A stretch of 64,000 bases of DNA from Octopus sinensis. Lineage: Eukaryota. The position numbers and the translations under genes are program-made. Position 1 is the stretch's first letter. The number at the start of each line of letters is the position of its first letter. This document shows positions 14,403 through 26,439 of the stretch, piece by piece. The stretch lies in NCBI RefSeq assembly GCF_006345805.1, contig NC_043021.1, forward strand, positions 24,118,001 through 24,182,000, read 5' to 3'. Under the pieces are notes generated by a model. The model was given only the letters and a program-made list of their open reading frames with translations. It made no database searches and was not told the DNA's origin.

Positions 14403-14437
14403 GTTTCCGACGAAGAGCTCCGCTCGAAACGTCATAC
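14403..14437 (+). ncRNA. Minimal type-I hammerhead (U4>C) in a pLTR-like tail (~14300-14530)
   Basis: gttt CCGACGA a gagc-tcc-gctc GAAA cg TC atac; homologous to 35510-35544. Confidence 0.7.
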
Positions 14438-14528
14438 CCTCCTTCTTCCATTTTCCTGAGCGCCTAATAATATTAATACTGTAATTATTCCACGTGTTGT
14501 TGTTTTTTCTGTTTTCCCGTTTGGATTA

Positions 14529-14563
<35 letters not shown>

Positions 14564-14780
14564 CAATAATAAATCTCTAAGCGAGGTATAAACAGTAACT
14601 GCTCTGTAATATAAGCGGGATCAGCCATCTGAATGTGGCTAGGGACAGGGCGGGGTGGTGGGGGTGTTACTGATGCATTAGCCCAGGCGACTATAGACGT
14701 CACCAGAAGAGCCGACACCATCACGGTGTCCTTGCTAGCCTGTAAAGGGAGATCAGCCTCCCCGAAGATACGGATGCTAC

Positions 14781-14821
14781 ACACGGACCGGTTTCGAGGT
14801 GGTCGCCTCTCGTCAGCGCAT
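14781..14821 (-). ncRNA. Type-I hammerhead, canonical core
   Basis: Minus strand: atgcg CTGACGA gagg-cgacca-cctc GAAA ccgg TC cgtgt. Confidence 0.88.
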
Positions 14822-15137
14822 GGCAAGCACCGTTCTTCGTTGAGGGACTTCCTCTACAGGCTAGAAATATATAGATTTTCACAGTAAACACAGTCACTGC
14901 GTCGAAAATCTGTTCGATAACAATATAAATCTCTAAGCGAGGTATAAACAGTAACTGCTCTGTAATATAAGCGGGACCAGCCATCTGAATGTGGCTAGGG
15001 ACAGGGCGGGGTGGTGGGGGTGTTACTGATGCATTTAGCCCCAGGCGACTATAGACGTACCAGAAGAGCCGACACCATCACGGTGTCCTTGCTAGCCTGT
15101 AAAGGGAGATCAGCCTCCCCGAAGATACGGATGCTAC

Positions 15138-15178
15138 ACACGGACCGGTTTCGAGGTGGTCGCCTCTCGTCAGCGCAT
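15138..15178 (-). ncRNA. Type-I hammerhead, identical second copy
   Basis: Same sequence as 14781-14821, 357 nt away. Confidence 0.88.
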
Positions 15179-15399
15179 GGCAAGCACCGTTAGCATCCGT
15201 ATCTTCGGGGAGGCTGATCTCCCTTACAGGCTAGCAAGGACACCGTGATGGTGTCGGCTCTTCTGGTGACGTCTATAGTCGCCTGGGGCTAAATGCATCA
15301 GTAACACCCCCACCACCCCGCCCTGTCCCTAGCCACATTCAGATGGCTGGTCCCGCTTATATTATATATATATATATTATATATATATATATAGATAAG

Positions 15400-16012
15400 A
15401 AAAGGTGGTTGTGAAAGCACGTGGGTGAATATATAAAAAATAGTAAAGAGTGAAAAAACGACAGAAGGCTTAAATGTTAAAAAATATATATATTTGCGTC
15501 AAAATGTCTGGAGAATATTAGAATATTAAAAAAAAAAAATTTTTTTCCCTTATAATGACATAATTTAAAAAAAAATACCGGTTTCGCGTGTAGCTTTTCA
15601 AATTTCTTGTGACGTTATGTTTATGTTGAATAGAGTTATCCTTGTGTTTATGCTCCGGAGAGTTCTAAATAAGGGAAGGTAGTGGGTGATTTCTTCCGGT
15701 GTAAGGGAGATAATCGCTTAAAAATTTTTTTCCTTTTCCCTTAATGTGAATTTCTCTGTATCAGTATGTTCGGATGGTTGAGTCTGGGCTTGTACTTTTC
15801 AATGAAGAATGTTTCCTTGTTTAGTTTAATTTGTGTTGATGATCCGAAAGCACATTGGTAAAATGGAAAGATTAAAAATTGTGCTAGTAGTTGCTTTGCG
15901 CATTTCTCAATGTGCTCACTAAAAGGTATCATTCTATATTCTGGGAATGCAATCTGTTGTCGATGCAGTGTGCATCTACGTCTGAGTGATAGTCCCGTGG
16001 AACCCACGTAGT
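15400..16012 (-). mobile_element. 5'-truncated PLE: GIY-YIG C-terminal half plus pLTR with U3-A8 HHR-like motif (15571-15608)
   Basis: YYVGSTGLSLRRRCTLHRQQI..SEHIEKC..IFPFY..KETFFIEKYKPRLN; then aagaaat TTGAAAA gc-tacac-gc GAAA ccgg TA. Confidence 0.82.
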
Positions 16013-16039
16013 ATATATATATATATATATATATATATG

Positions 16040-16693
16040 TAATGTAGGATAACATTTTTTTTTCTTTTTCGAAAAAAAAAAGAAAAAAAATTTTATCAAT
16101 GGCCAGCATATTAAAAATACTTTTAAAGGATAAATTTATATAATTCATAAATAAGGGCAAACGAAAAGATTTCTAATGCCAAATATGCCGAAAAATTGGA
16201 CATATTGTCCATTAACCATATAATTTTTTCACAATATGCACGCTACTCGAAAAAAGGCCGACAGAAATTTCTAAAAAATTCCATTATTACCATATCGGAC
16301 CGATTTCAGGGTTAGCTTATAACAGCCCTCCCTTCGTCAGTGATACATGTGGCAAAAGAAATAAATGAGATACTTACTCATACCCATGGAAGAAGCAAAC
16401 ACTAATTCATGAGCACAACTAAGTACCCCAAATACATCCAAAATAGAAATATAAATTTAAGCGTTCACTTCCGGACTCTCCCACTCTGTGAGGGCCTCAG
16501 TTCAAATCGCACGTGTCTCGAATGGGCTGGAGTATTTCTATTTTGGATTTATTTGGGGTACTTAATTGTGCTCATGAATTAGTGTTTGCTTCTTCCATGG
16601 GTATGAGTAAGTATCTCATTTATTTTTTTACTACATTTATCACTGACGAAGGGAGGGCTCTTATGAGCTAACCCTGAAATCGGTCCGATATGG
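16040..16693. mobile_element. PLE-type fold-back remnant with two inverted hammerheads
   Basis: Arms 16290-16451 and 16533-16693; HHR tatca CTGACGA aggg..ccct GAAA tcgg TC cgata at 16638-16690 (+) and 16293-16345 (-). Confidence 0.8.
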
Positions 16694-17383
16694 CCACGTG
16701 AATAACCGGGTGGTGGACTAGCGTTGCTTGGAATGTGAATGGAATAGTGTAGTAGTGAGGTAGGCATAGAGAATGGGATTGGGTTACTGCAAGTTGTTTG
16801 TTAGAGATGCTAAGGTGAGTTAAAGCTCATAAATGTATATAATGTTTTTTGTGGGTGTTAAGTATTGTTGTATATGTCGAGTTTAGTGAGTATGTATAGG
16901 CGATATGTGAGGGAGTATATGTATCTTTTGTGTGTGAGTGTTTTTGCGTTGAGTGTGGTTTTTTGGGGGTGTGAATGTGTATATGGGTTTGTTATTTAGG
17001 TTTTGGGATGTATGTGTTATTTGTCTGTGTGGGGAGGGAGTGGGTTTTGGTGTATATTGAGGTTTATAAGTTAGTATAGGTATGTGTATAAGTCGTGAGT
17101 CTGTGGTTTACGTGTGTGTATTTGTGTGTGAATGTTTAGGTTAGGGGGGGTTACTTTATAGGTTTGTTATAGAGTTTAGCAAAGGGAGATTTTATCGTTA
17201 TATGTTTTTAAGAGTTTTGTTTTATCATGGTTTTTTTAGGAATTTTTGGGTAATTAGTCTATATTTTGATATGGATTATATATAGGTTATATATGGATTA
17301 TATACTTATATTTTTTCATTTATACTTTAATTATTTAAAAGTATTATTTTTATATTTTAAAATTTTGATTTTTTAGATTGGAA

Positions 17384-17430
17384 GTCCACCTGAAGATTGT
17401 CGATCAAGACAAGAAACGATTGTAGTGGCG
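17384..17430 (+). ncRNA. Minimal type-I hammerhead in the 5' pLTR
   Basis: ccac CTGAAGA ttgtc-gatcaa-gacaa GAAA cgattg TA gtgg. Confidence 0.88.
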
Positions 17431-17662
17431 GTTTTTTTGACTATTTATTAATTTTATGTATTGATTAAGTCTTTCCTTGTTTGTTTTGCAAAATAGTGGT
17501 TTTGTCTCAAATAATATTTTATAATATTTTACTATAAAATTGGATTTAATCCTAAATCTGATTTTTTCCCTGTAAATAAATTGGATATATTCCCTAATAT
17601 TTATTATTTATATAATATTGATAATTTTGTATATTGAGTGTAATACCTCAATTTCGCAAATT

Positions 17663-20166
17663 ATGGATTTTACAGGTAAGATAGAACCGCTGTTTTGGGA
17701 TTCATCTTTGAAAGATATTCCTATTCCTTCTAGAAAGGAATTTATCTTGAAACTTGTTAATAATGTTAAAGATTTTATTTCTAGAATTAAATGGAAAGCT
17801 TTTTACTATAATTTTTATTTATTTAATGATATTGATAGTAGGAATGATAATTATACCTCTAAATTTAAATCTAGAAAGGAACCTCCATTAATAAAGAATT
17901 ACAATTACTTGAAGATAGTATATGGAAGGTGGTAAAAATATTGAATTCCATAAATACCCAAATAGAAATAATGAATATTTAAGGAATTTAGCAATTAAAA
18001 TTAAAGATATGAGAATATGGATAGTATTATAGTACAATCTGATAAAACAAGGAACTTATATAAATTAGATGTTAAATTATATGATAAACTATTAGGGAAA
18101 GAAATAATTAAAAAATATAAAATTGTTCCAGATGATATTCTTTATAATATTAATAAGGCCTCTAAAGTAGTAATGTTAAAATATGAGTTGGATAATAAAA
18201 CTGAACCTTATGTACCTTTGCACCCCAGAATTACTCTTAAAGACCATAAAGATAATTTTTATTCAGACCCTAAAGTTAGATTAATTTGCCCATGTAAATC
18301 GGACCTAGGTAAATTAAGTAAATTTATTTTAGATAAATATATTGATAAGTTAAATAAACTTAATTATTTAAAATTATGGTTTAGTAATAATAATACATTG
18401 AAATGGTTTAATAATATTAAAGATAAAAATCGTTATAAATTTATTCAAATAGATATAGATAATTATTATTCTTCTATTAATGAAATTGTGTTTAATAAAG
18501 CGCTTATTTTCGCAATGAATAAAGTGGGCATGTCACGGGAAGAAGTTAATGTAATTAAATTGGCTAGGAAATCGCTAATTAAATATAAAAATAAATTATG
18601 GGCTAGGAATGATACTAGAGATTGTTTTGATATACCTATGGGAGCACCAGATTCTGCACAGGCTACTGATTTAGTAGGTATTTTTCTTTTATCTGAACTC
18701 CAATTAGAAAATCTTAAGATAGAGGGTGGTTTATATAGAGACGATCTTCTACTAGTTACAAAGAATTGTACTAATAGGAATCTAGAAGTATATAAGAAAA
18801 AACTATATAGTTTCTTTAAAAGATATGGTTACGTATTACTATATATAAGGAGAATTATAATGTTAATTATTTAGATGTTAATTTTAATCTTATTACAGGT
18901 AAACACAACCATATCATAAACTTAATGAGAACCTTAGATATAAAATGTTAATAGTAATCACCCATTTTCTATTAAAAAATCGTTGATTAATAATATAAGT
19001 AAACGTATTTCATTACTCTCTTATGATATAGAGATTTTTAATAACATGCTAATTATTATAATGAGGCCCTTAGAGGGGCAGGTTATAATAAGAATATTAA
19101 ATTTTATAATATTAGCGATAATGATTTAAATGATAATTTTCGAGATACTTCTAATAATAATTATAATTTTGTTACGTTTAGTGGTAAAAATAATAGATAT
19201 TATAAAAAAAATAATAAAAATGATAAAATATAAATAAGAAATAATAATAATAATAATAAATATAATAATAATAATATAAATAAGAATAATATAAATAAAA
19301 ATAAATTTAATAATTATTATAATAATTATATTGATAAATTTAATAATATTAATAATTCCTTAAATGCTGTACATAGATATAATTCTGATAATAATTTTAA
19401 TAAATAAAGAATTATAAATATATTTATAATAATGATAATAATAATAAGGTTAAGAATAAAATTTGGTTAATAGTTCCTTATGGAGATCAAGTTAAAACGA
19501 ATATTATTAAAGAGATTTTAGATGTTATAGAACTATTTATTAGAGATAATCGTAAATATAGAAACATTTTCTCTTTTAATAATTTTGGAGTTGGTTACTC
19601 TACCACTAATAATGTTGGTAACATTATTCTTCATTTAATAAATATAAACTGAATAATTTTTATAAAAGAAATTATTTGATAATAATATTAATAATGATAA
19701 GACTTATATTAATTGTACATGTAGAGATAAATCTAATTGTATATTAAATAATAATTGTGATATTAACGATGTAGTGTATAAATGTATAGTTACATTACAT
19801 GATAATAACTTTAAGAATAATAATTACACAAAAGCGGTTTATATAGGTTCTACTTCCTCAAAAATAAAACTAAGAATTGCACAACATATGAATTCTTTTA
19901 AAAATAAAAACTTAATCAACTCAACCGGACTTAGTAAGTATATTTGGAGTCTTAAATCACTAAATATTAATTATAGTTTAATATGGGAAATAATTTGTAA
20001 AACTAAATCATATAATATAGGAGCTAATTGTTGTTATTTATGCTCTAATGAGTTTAAAGAAATTTTATTTTATAAGTATGATAATTTACTTAATACTGGG
20101 GAGGAGCGCAAAATAAAATGTAGACACAAGTTACTTTACTTATATAATAAGTTTCATGATAAATAG
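17663..20166 (+). pseudogene. PLE polyprotein: reverse transcriptase, Asn-rich linker, Cys cluster, GIY-YIG endonuclease (frameshifted in this assembly)
   Basis: SLKDIPIP N-terminus; QSDKTRN; DIDNYY; FDIPMGAPDS; GLYRDDLL; CTCRDKSNC..C..VVY..VYIGST..KLRIAQH..LLN..CRH. Confidence 0.9.
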
Positions 20167-23104
20167 CAATAATAGTTCCCTTTTAGTTATTTTAGTTTAG
20201 TTTAAATTAGTTTAGATGATATATTTTTGGTTATGTTGTCTAGGATTTAATTATAGTTAGTCTTTATTGATATTTCTTTGTTTTAATTAGTTCATTTTTA
20301 ATGTATATTAATTTAGCAGTTTATGGTACGTTAAAACTTTAATAATTTATATTAGATTTTTTTATTTTTTTATTTTTATTTTTATTTATTTTATTTTATT
20401 ATGTATTTTTATTTTGCATTTGTTATATGTATTTTGAGGATATATTTATATGTTTTTGGGTGTTATTTAGTGGTGTTTTTATTGAGTTTTGTATGTATGT
20501 GTGAATGTTTAAGATCCCTTGTGTTTTTGTTTTTTATTTGTATGTTGAATTGACAGATTTTATTTGGGTATTGTCTTTTATAATAAAGTACACACCCATA
20601 ACAATTATAAGTGCCCACTTCATTCGTTGTACTTGGGTTTGCATGTGAGCCTCAGCATATGCACCTAACGGCCACTCCAGCCCCACATGGATAAATAAAC
20701 ACATACATCCCCTAAAAATAAAAAAAAAAAAAAAAAAAAAAAAATGGGAGTAATCCCATTCACACCAATTATATGTATACAATTATACACACTTGAATAA
20801 TACATACTAGCCCTAATATACAGAACATACTAATAATCACCAACTAACCACCATCACAAATGAAACCCACACCCATACAATGACAAAACTCCCCCATACC
20901 CTATTTACACCTACATAGTAATCCCAATATATTCTTCCATACATGGACGCAAGTGCGTGAAGCACATGACATAATTAGTACGTACAACCCCTAATACACA
21001 CTAATATATACGTATCAAGCTCGACCTCCACAGTGATAAGTTTACACACAATCACACCCAGATGGGTGAATTGCACAACCAGTGAATGCTCACACATACG
21101 GGCGCGATTACATTGTTGCATATATCGAGCCAAAATAGTATGCATATGTACATGTGAGGGGTACACGTAAATGAAGTGAGCGTGTACCCCTGTTTTATAC
21201 CCGTGCGTGAATATACACATGGAGACTACCACACAGGTACAAATGTGTTTAGAAATGGGAGCCCCATCACTACACTTAATGTATACTCTCACCCATCCGC
21301 ACGGATGTGTAAGTGTATCTCCGGTGTATATGTTGAGGCTTATATGTAGAGTTGTTGAAGGGAACGTCGTTGAAATTGTGAATGAATGGGTAGAGTTGGG
21401 AATTGTAACCGGGTGGTGGACTAGTGTTGCTTGGAATTGTGAATGGATTAGGGTGGTAATGAGGTAGGCATTGAGTATGGGTTACTGTAAGTTGTTTGTT
21501 AGAGTTGCTAGGGTGAGCTAAAGCTCATAAATGTATATAATTGATTTTTCATGATAGTTTTTAAAGAATCCATTCATAATAAAAATTTTTTTTAAGTAGC
21601 GTTGGTTTGCTACGTGGAAATAGTTTTTAGTTCCATTTATTATATTTCTCCATTCATACTATGAATGACGTTTACTTTTTATGGCGCGTATTCTTTTTTT
21701 ACATTAGTTATTTCCATGGTAACGTAATTTTGTTTGGTTTTTTAACGGCTAAGAATCTAATTTCACTTCATAATTTGTAACTGAATTGTAAGTATGTATT
21801 TGATTTATCCTTATGTCATAATGTTATTTTTGATATTCTGGTTAATTACGATGTATTTATTGTTGTTTTCATAAGAGTGTTATGTATATGAGATTGGTTA
21901 TGAGTTTTTAATTGTATAATTAATTTATTTATCTGTATGAGTGTGTGGTGTAAATATTGTTGTATATATCGAGTTTTAGTGAGTATGTATATGCGTATAT
22001 GTGAGGGAGCATATGTATCTGTTGTGTGTGTGTGTTTTTGCGTTGTGTGTGTTTTGTGTGTGAATGTGTATTTGGGTTTGTTATTTAGGATTTGGGATGT
22101 ATGTGTTTTTTGTCTGTGTGGAGAGGGAGTGGTTTTTTGGTGTTATATTGAGGTTTATAAGTTAGTATAGGTTTGTGTATAAGTCTTGGGTCTGTGGTTT
22201 ACGTGTGGGTTTTTTGTGTGTGAATGTTTAGGTTAGGGGGATTGCTATATAAGTTTGTTATAGGGTTTAGCAAAGGGAGATTTTATCGTTATATGCTTTT
22301 ATGAGTTTTGGTTTATCATGGTTTTTTTTTTAGGTAATTCGTGGTATTTTGTCTATTTTAGGTGTTGGTTATTTTTTTACATTGTTTCATTCATAATTTT
22401 TGAGTGGTGTTCGTTTTGCCACGTGAATAACCGGGTGGTGGACTAGCGTTGCTTGGAATGTGAATGGAATAGTGTAGTAGTGAGGTAGGCATAGAGAATG
22501 GGATTGGGTTACTGCAAGTTGTTTGTTAGAGATGCTAAGGTGAGTTAAAGCTCATAAATGTATATAATGTTTTTTGTGGGTGTGTAAGTATTGTTTATAT
22601 GTCGAGTTTAGTGAGTATGTATAGGCGTATATGTGAGGGAGTATATGTATCTTTTGTGTGTGAGTGTTTGCGTGTGAGTGTGTGTTTGTGTGTGAATGTG
22701 TATATGGGTTTGTTATTTAGGTTTTGGGATGTATGTGTTAATTTGTCTGTGTGGGGAGGGAGTGGGTTTTGGTGTATATTGAGGTTTATAAGTTAGTATA
22801 GGTATGTGTATAAGTCGTGAGTCTGTGGTTTACGTGTGTGTATTTGTGTGTGAATGTTTAGGTTAGGGGGTTTACTTTATAGGTTTGTTATAGAGTTTAG
22901 CAAAGGGAGATTTTATCGTTATATGTTTTTAAGAGTTTTGTTTTATCATGGTTTTTTTAGGGAATTTGTGGTAATTAGTCTATATTTTGATATGGATTAT
23001 ATATAGGTTATATATGGATTATATACTTATATTTTTTCATTTATACTTTAATTATTTAAAAGTATTATTTTTATATTTTAAAATTTTGATTTTTTAGATT
23101 GGAA

Positions 23105-23151
23105 GTCCACCTGAAGATTGTCGATCAAGACAAGAAACGATTGTAGTGGCG
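23105..23151 (+). ncRNA. Minimal type-I hammerhead in the 3' pLTR
   Basis: Identical to 17384-17430. Confidence 0.88.
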
Positions 23152-23322
23152 GTTTTTTTGACTATTTATTAAATTTTATGTATTGATTAAGTCTTTCCTT
23201 GTTTGTTTTGCAAAATAGTGGTTTTGTCTCAAATAATATTTTATATATTTTACTATAAAATTGGATTTAATCCTAAATCTGATTTTTTTCCCTGTAAATT
23301 TGGATATATCCCTAATATTTAT

Positions 23323-23398
<76 letters not shown>

Positions 23399-23480
23399 AA
23401 TATATTATATATATATATATTATATATATATGTATATAAATATACATACTACATATATATACATACATACATATACATAT

Positions 23481-23838
23481 ATCTATCTATCCGCTCATCG
23501 AAGTCGACTCTCGGTTACTCGTTGGATCAGTGTCCTCCAGTCAGTTCTATCCTGGGCCGCTTCTTTCAGATTGTCTAAGTCTATTCCGGTATCACTCTTG
23601 ATGGTGTCAAGCCAGCGGGTTCTTGGTCGGCCTCTTCCTCTCTTGCCACTGACCATTCCGAGCATGATGTCCTTCTCCAATCTAATATGCAAATCTATAC
23701 TTGGTGATCCTAGCTTCTAGCGACATTTTCGGCCTTATCCTGCTTAAGAACTTCTCCATCGGTGAGCCTCGCTGTCCATCGAATCCGTAAAAGTCTTCTC
23801 CAACACCAAAGCTCGAATGCATTAATTCTCTTCTGGTC
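23481..23838 (-). mobile_element. RTE LINE 3' fragment
   Basis: RINAFELWCWRRLLRI and GKRGRGRPRTRWLD; (GATA)n tail; same family as 45403-46080. Confidence 0.9.
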
Positions 23839-23863
23839 ATATATATATATATATACATACATA

Positions 23864-23895
<32 letters not shown>

Positions 23896-24071
23896 CATAC
23901 ATATATATATACATACATGCATATATATACCTACATATATATATTATATAGAGGGCATTATTACATATAAATGCCTCACGCTAAGAGGGACATAAGTCAT
24001 TTCTACCAAAAAATTTTTACTAATCATACCCAATGCAGTTTTCAAAGCAAGACATTTAAAAAAATGAATTT

Positions 24072-24137
24072 AGTCTTATATCACCTGTGATTTCGCACTC
24101 ACCGCAGAGAATTTGCGTCCATGCTCATCATAAGACT
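24072..24137 (-). ncRNA. Hammerhead-like motif lacking C3, with longer stem III
   Basis: Minus: agtctta TGATGA gca..tgc GAAA tcac-ag-gtga TA taagact (7-bp stem I). Confidence 0.6.
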
Positions 24138-24429
24138 GATTCTGAACATATCAAATAAACGACCAGTACCGTCGAAGTCGAACAGCCACTGCTCTTTCTA
24201 ACGAAGCACATGGAAAAGTTTACAAATCATATATCCGGTAAATGGCGGGCTTCTTCGAACTGCATTTCGGGTAGGAAAAGTTTTTTCGGAATAAATTTAA
24301 CAATTAAGGATAACTTCTTAATAAGGAATCTTAACAAGAAATTATCAGGTAGATAGCGTGAAACACCTCATAAGAGAAAAATTTCGAAAATAATTCTTTC
24401 TTATTGAACATATTAATTTATATATATAT

Positions 24430-24529
<100 letters not shown>

Positions 24530-24559
24530 TGTAATATAATATAAGGAAAAGAAAAGAAA

Positions 24560-25790
24560 ACAAAGTTGCATTTTTACCCTGTATTTTTATATTTTGGGGT
24601 TATGACTCGTTTCTTCAGGAGATTTGGAAAAAGATGTAGTTGAAAAAGTCGTAGCTCTGATAAAGGAAGAAGGGGAGGAAAGAGGAAGGTGATATGCAAA
24701 GAGTGCTGCTGGTATGTAGTTCTTTCCTGTTGTTAACGGCTGACCTCAATTCATTTGTAAGGAGGACCTCTAGGATTCTGATATCGTCCGTCTTGCGTTG
24801 AGTAGTCCTGGGGTAAATATTAAAATCCTGGCTTTCGCACTTATGTGTTTCCTTATTGAAGTGTCCATGTGTTCTTTTATACGGATGTGCAATTTCCTGG
24901 TGGTACTCCCTATATTGGAAACCCCACATTTACTGTTTTATACACCACATAGGCCCTCGGGTACATTTTGATGTCGTTAGGCAGTTGGCTAGTGTGCACC
25001 CCACGATGTTATTTGTGGTATTTTTCCCCGACAGAAATTTCCTCAAGCATGGACTGGCGTGCATCATCTGTATGTTACATATCTCCCCGAGGGTTGCATA
25101 TTGTATAGGTGCAATTGTTCTTTCATGGAAACAGGGCGGTTTAAATAAGCATTTTCCAGACTTGGGATCACAGCCCTTCTAATGTGGTTTACCCCCTTCT
25201 GTGTTTTGTGGATGCAGTCGTTTGGCTACAGCTGGAGGAGAGTCATTGCGTGCTAAGTTGTTTCGATCCATCTGTCTCTTATGCGTATGATTTCATTTTG
25301 TACGTATGCAGCTTTGGCTCTGGTGGGCAGGGCTGACTCGTAGTGTACGAACAGATTCCTACTAGCTGCTTTTCTATAAAAAAAATTACTATAGATGGAA
25401 CCTTCCTCTGTGATCTTGATTTGAAATCCGGCAGAGAGAGGGTTCCGGACTCGTACAGTATTTCATTTTAAATCTGATGTGGTTATTGACACTGATGAAA
25501 CTTTGATGTAAGGCGATTACGTCCTCTCCAGAGGAAGTGAGCATCATGATCTCATCGACGTATCTTGGAAACAAGACGCACAAGTGGCGGGTGTTAAACG
25601 CTGCGTATTCCAGTTTGTCCATGTACGAGATCGCCAGCAGGCTTGTGAAGATAGATCTCATCGGCAGATTTGAGATTTGTTTGTATACTTCACCGTTGTA
25701 CTGGAAATAGGTGTTACAGACTATGATGTTCAGTAGTTCTCAGATGTTCGAGGGTATAAGACCGAAAAGGTGGAAGCTGTTGGGAGACGA
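24560..25790 (-). mobile_element. Old PLE fragment (RT core to endonuclease C-terminus)
   Basis: NTYFQYNGEVYKQ..LPMRS, RYVDEI, and terminal RILEVLL.NELRSAVN; many stops and frameshifts. Confidence 0.75.
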
Positions 25791-26439
25791 AAGGGAAGAA
25801 GATACATAGGATCTGTCTCCTTATCCTCTTTTACACACGTTAGGCTTTTCGGAATGTTTGGGATTGCTGGTCGTAAACCGCAGATTGTTTTAATCTTCCA
25901 AGACATTTATTTGTATTATGACTTATACTTTATCTATTATTAGGATTGGTGTGTGCGTGAGTGAATATGAATATAGGCAAGGAAATTAATCCAGCAACAT
26001 ACAACAAATAAACAGTGAAGCGAATAGGCTAGCCAGTTTATTAGAAATAGGAGACTGTATGGGTCACCCCACTAACCACATTATTCTTAAAGATCGCAAA
26101 TTCTATTTTCTGTCCAACTTGGTGGGACATATCAATGCCACGAAACTGAAGCGCCACGAGGTTGATTAGATTAATGGATGTGAAGTGTCGGTGTATTGAA
26201 GTAGTTCTGAAGTATTGAAATTAGGGTTATTAACACAATCTGATTTAGTGAAGTTTTACCTATCTATAACACAATCCCGCTTTCAGGAGGCCATGGCCTT
26301 CAGGAAGCAATTTACGACGAGAAGTGGACCTCGATATCTGAATCATTGTTATATCACATCTCTTTCTATTGAGTTAAAAAAGCAAAAGTTTGGTTTTCAA
26401 GAGCCTACAATTGTTCAACATCCTGAAATTGTTCGATAT

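Larger units (their letters stand above)
14560..15364 (-). mobile_element. Retrozyme-like element: 357-bp unit x ~1.8 plus a terminal inverted arm
   Basis: Units start at 14560 and 14917; 15191-15364 is the reverse complement of ~14963-15136; (TA)n on both sides. Confidence 0.85.
16693..23326 (+). mobile_element. Near-full-length Penelope-like retroelement with direct pseudo-LTRs
   Basis: Near-identical ~910-bp direct repeats 16693-17608 and 22418-23326, each with an HHR, flanking an RT-GIY-YIG reading frame; ends in (TA)n. Confidence 0.92.

Noticed and set aside
17618-20166. Selenocysteine read-through as in Naiad PLEs
   Set aside because: The endonuclease is C-terminal and the breaks are frameshifts ending in TAA, not in-frame TGA.
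24596-24632. Possible HHR at the end of the old PLE (minus CTGAAGAAACGAGTC)
   Set aside because: Stem II is absent and stem I cannot be formed; at most a deletion relic.
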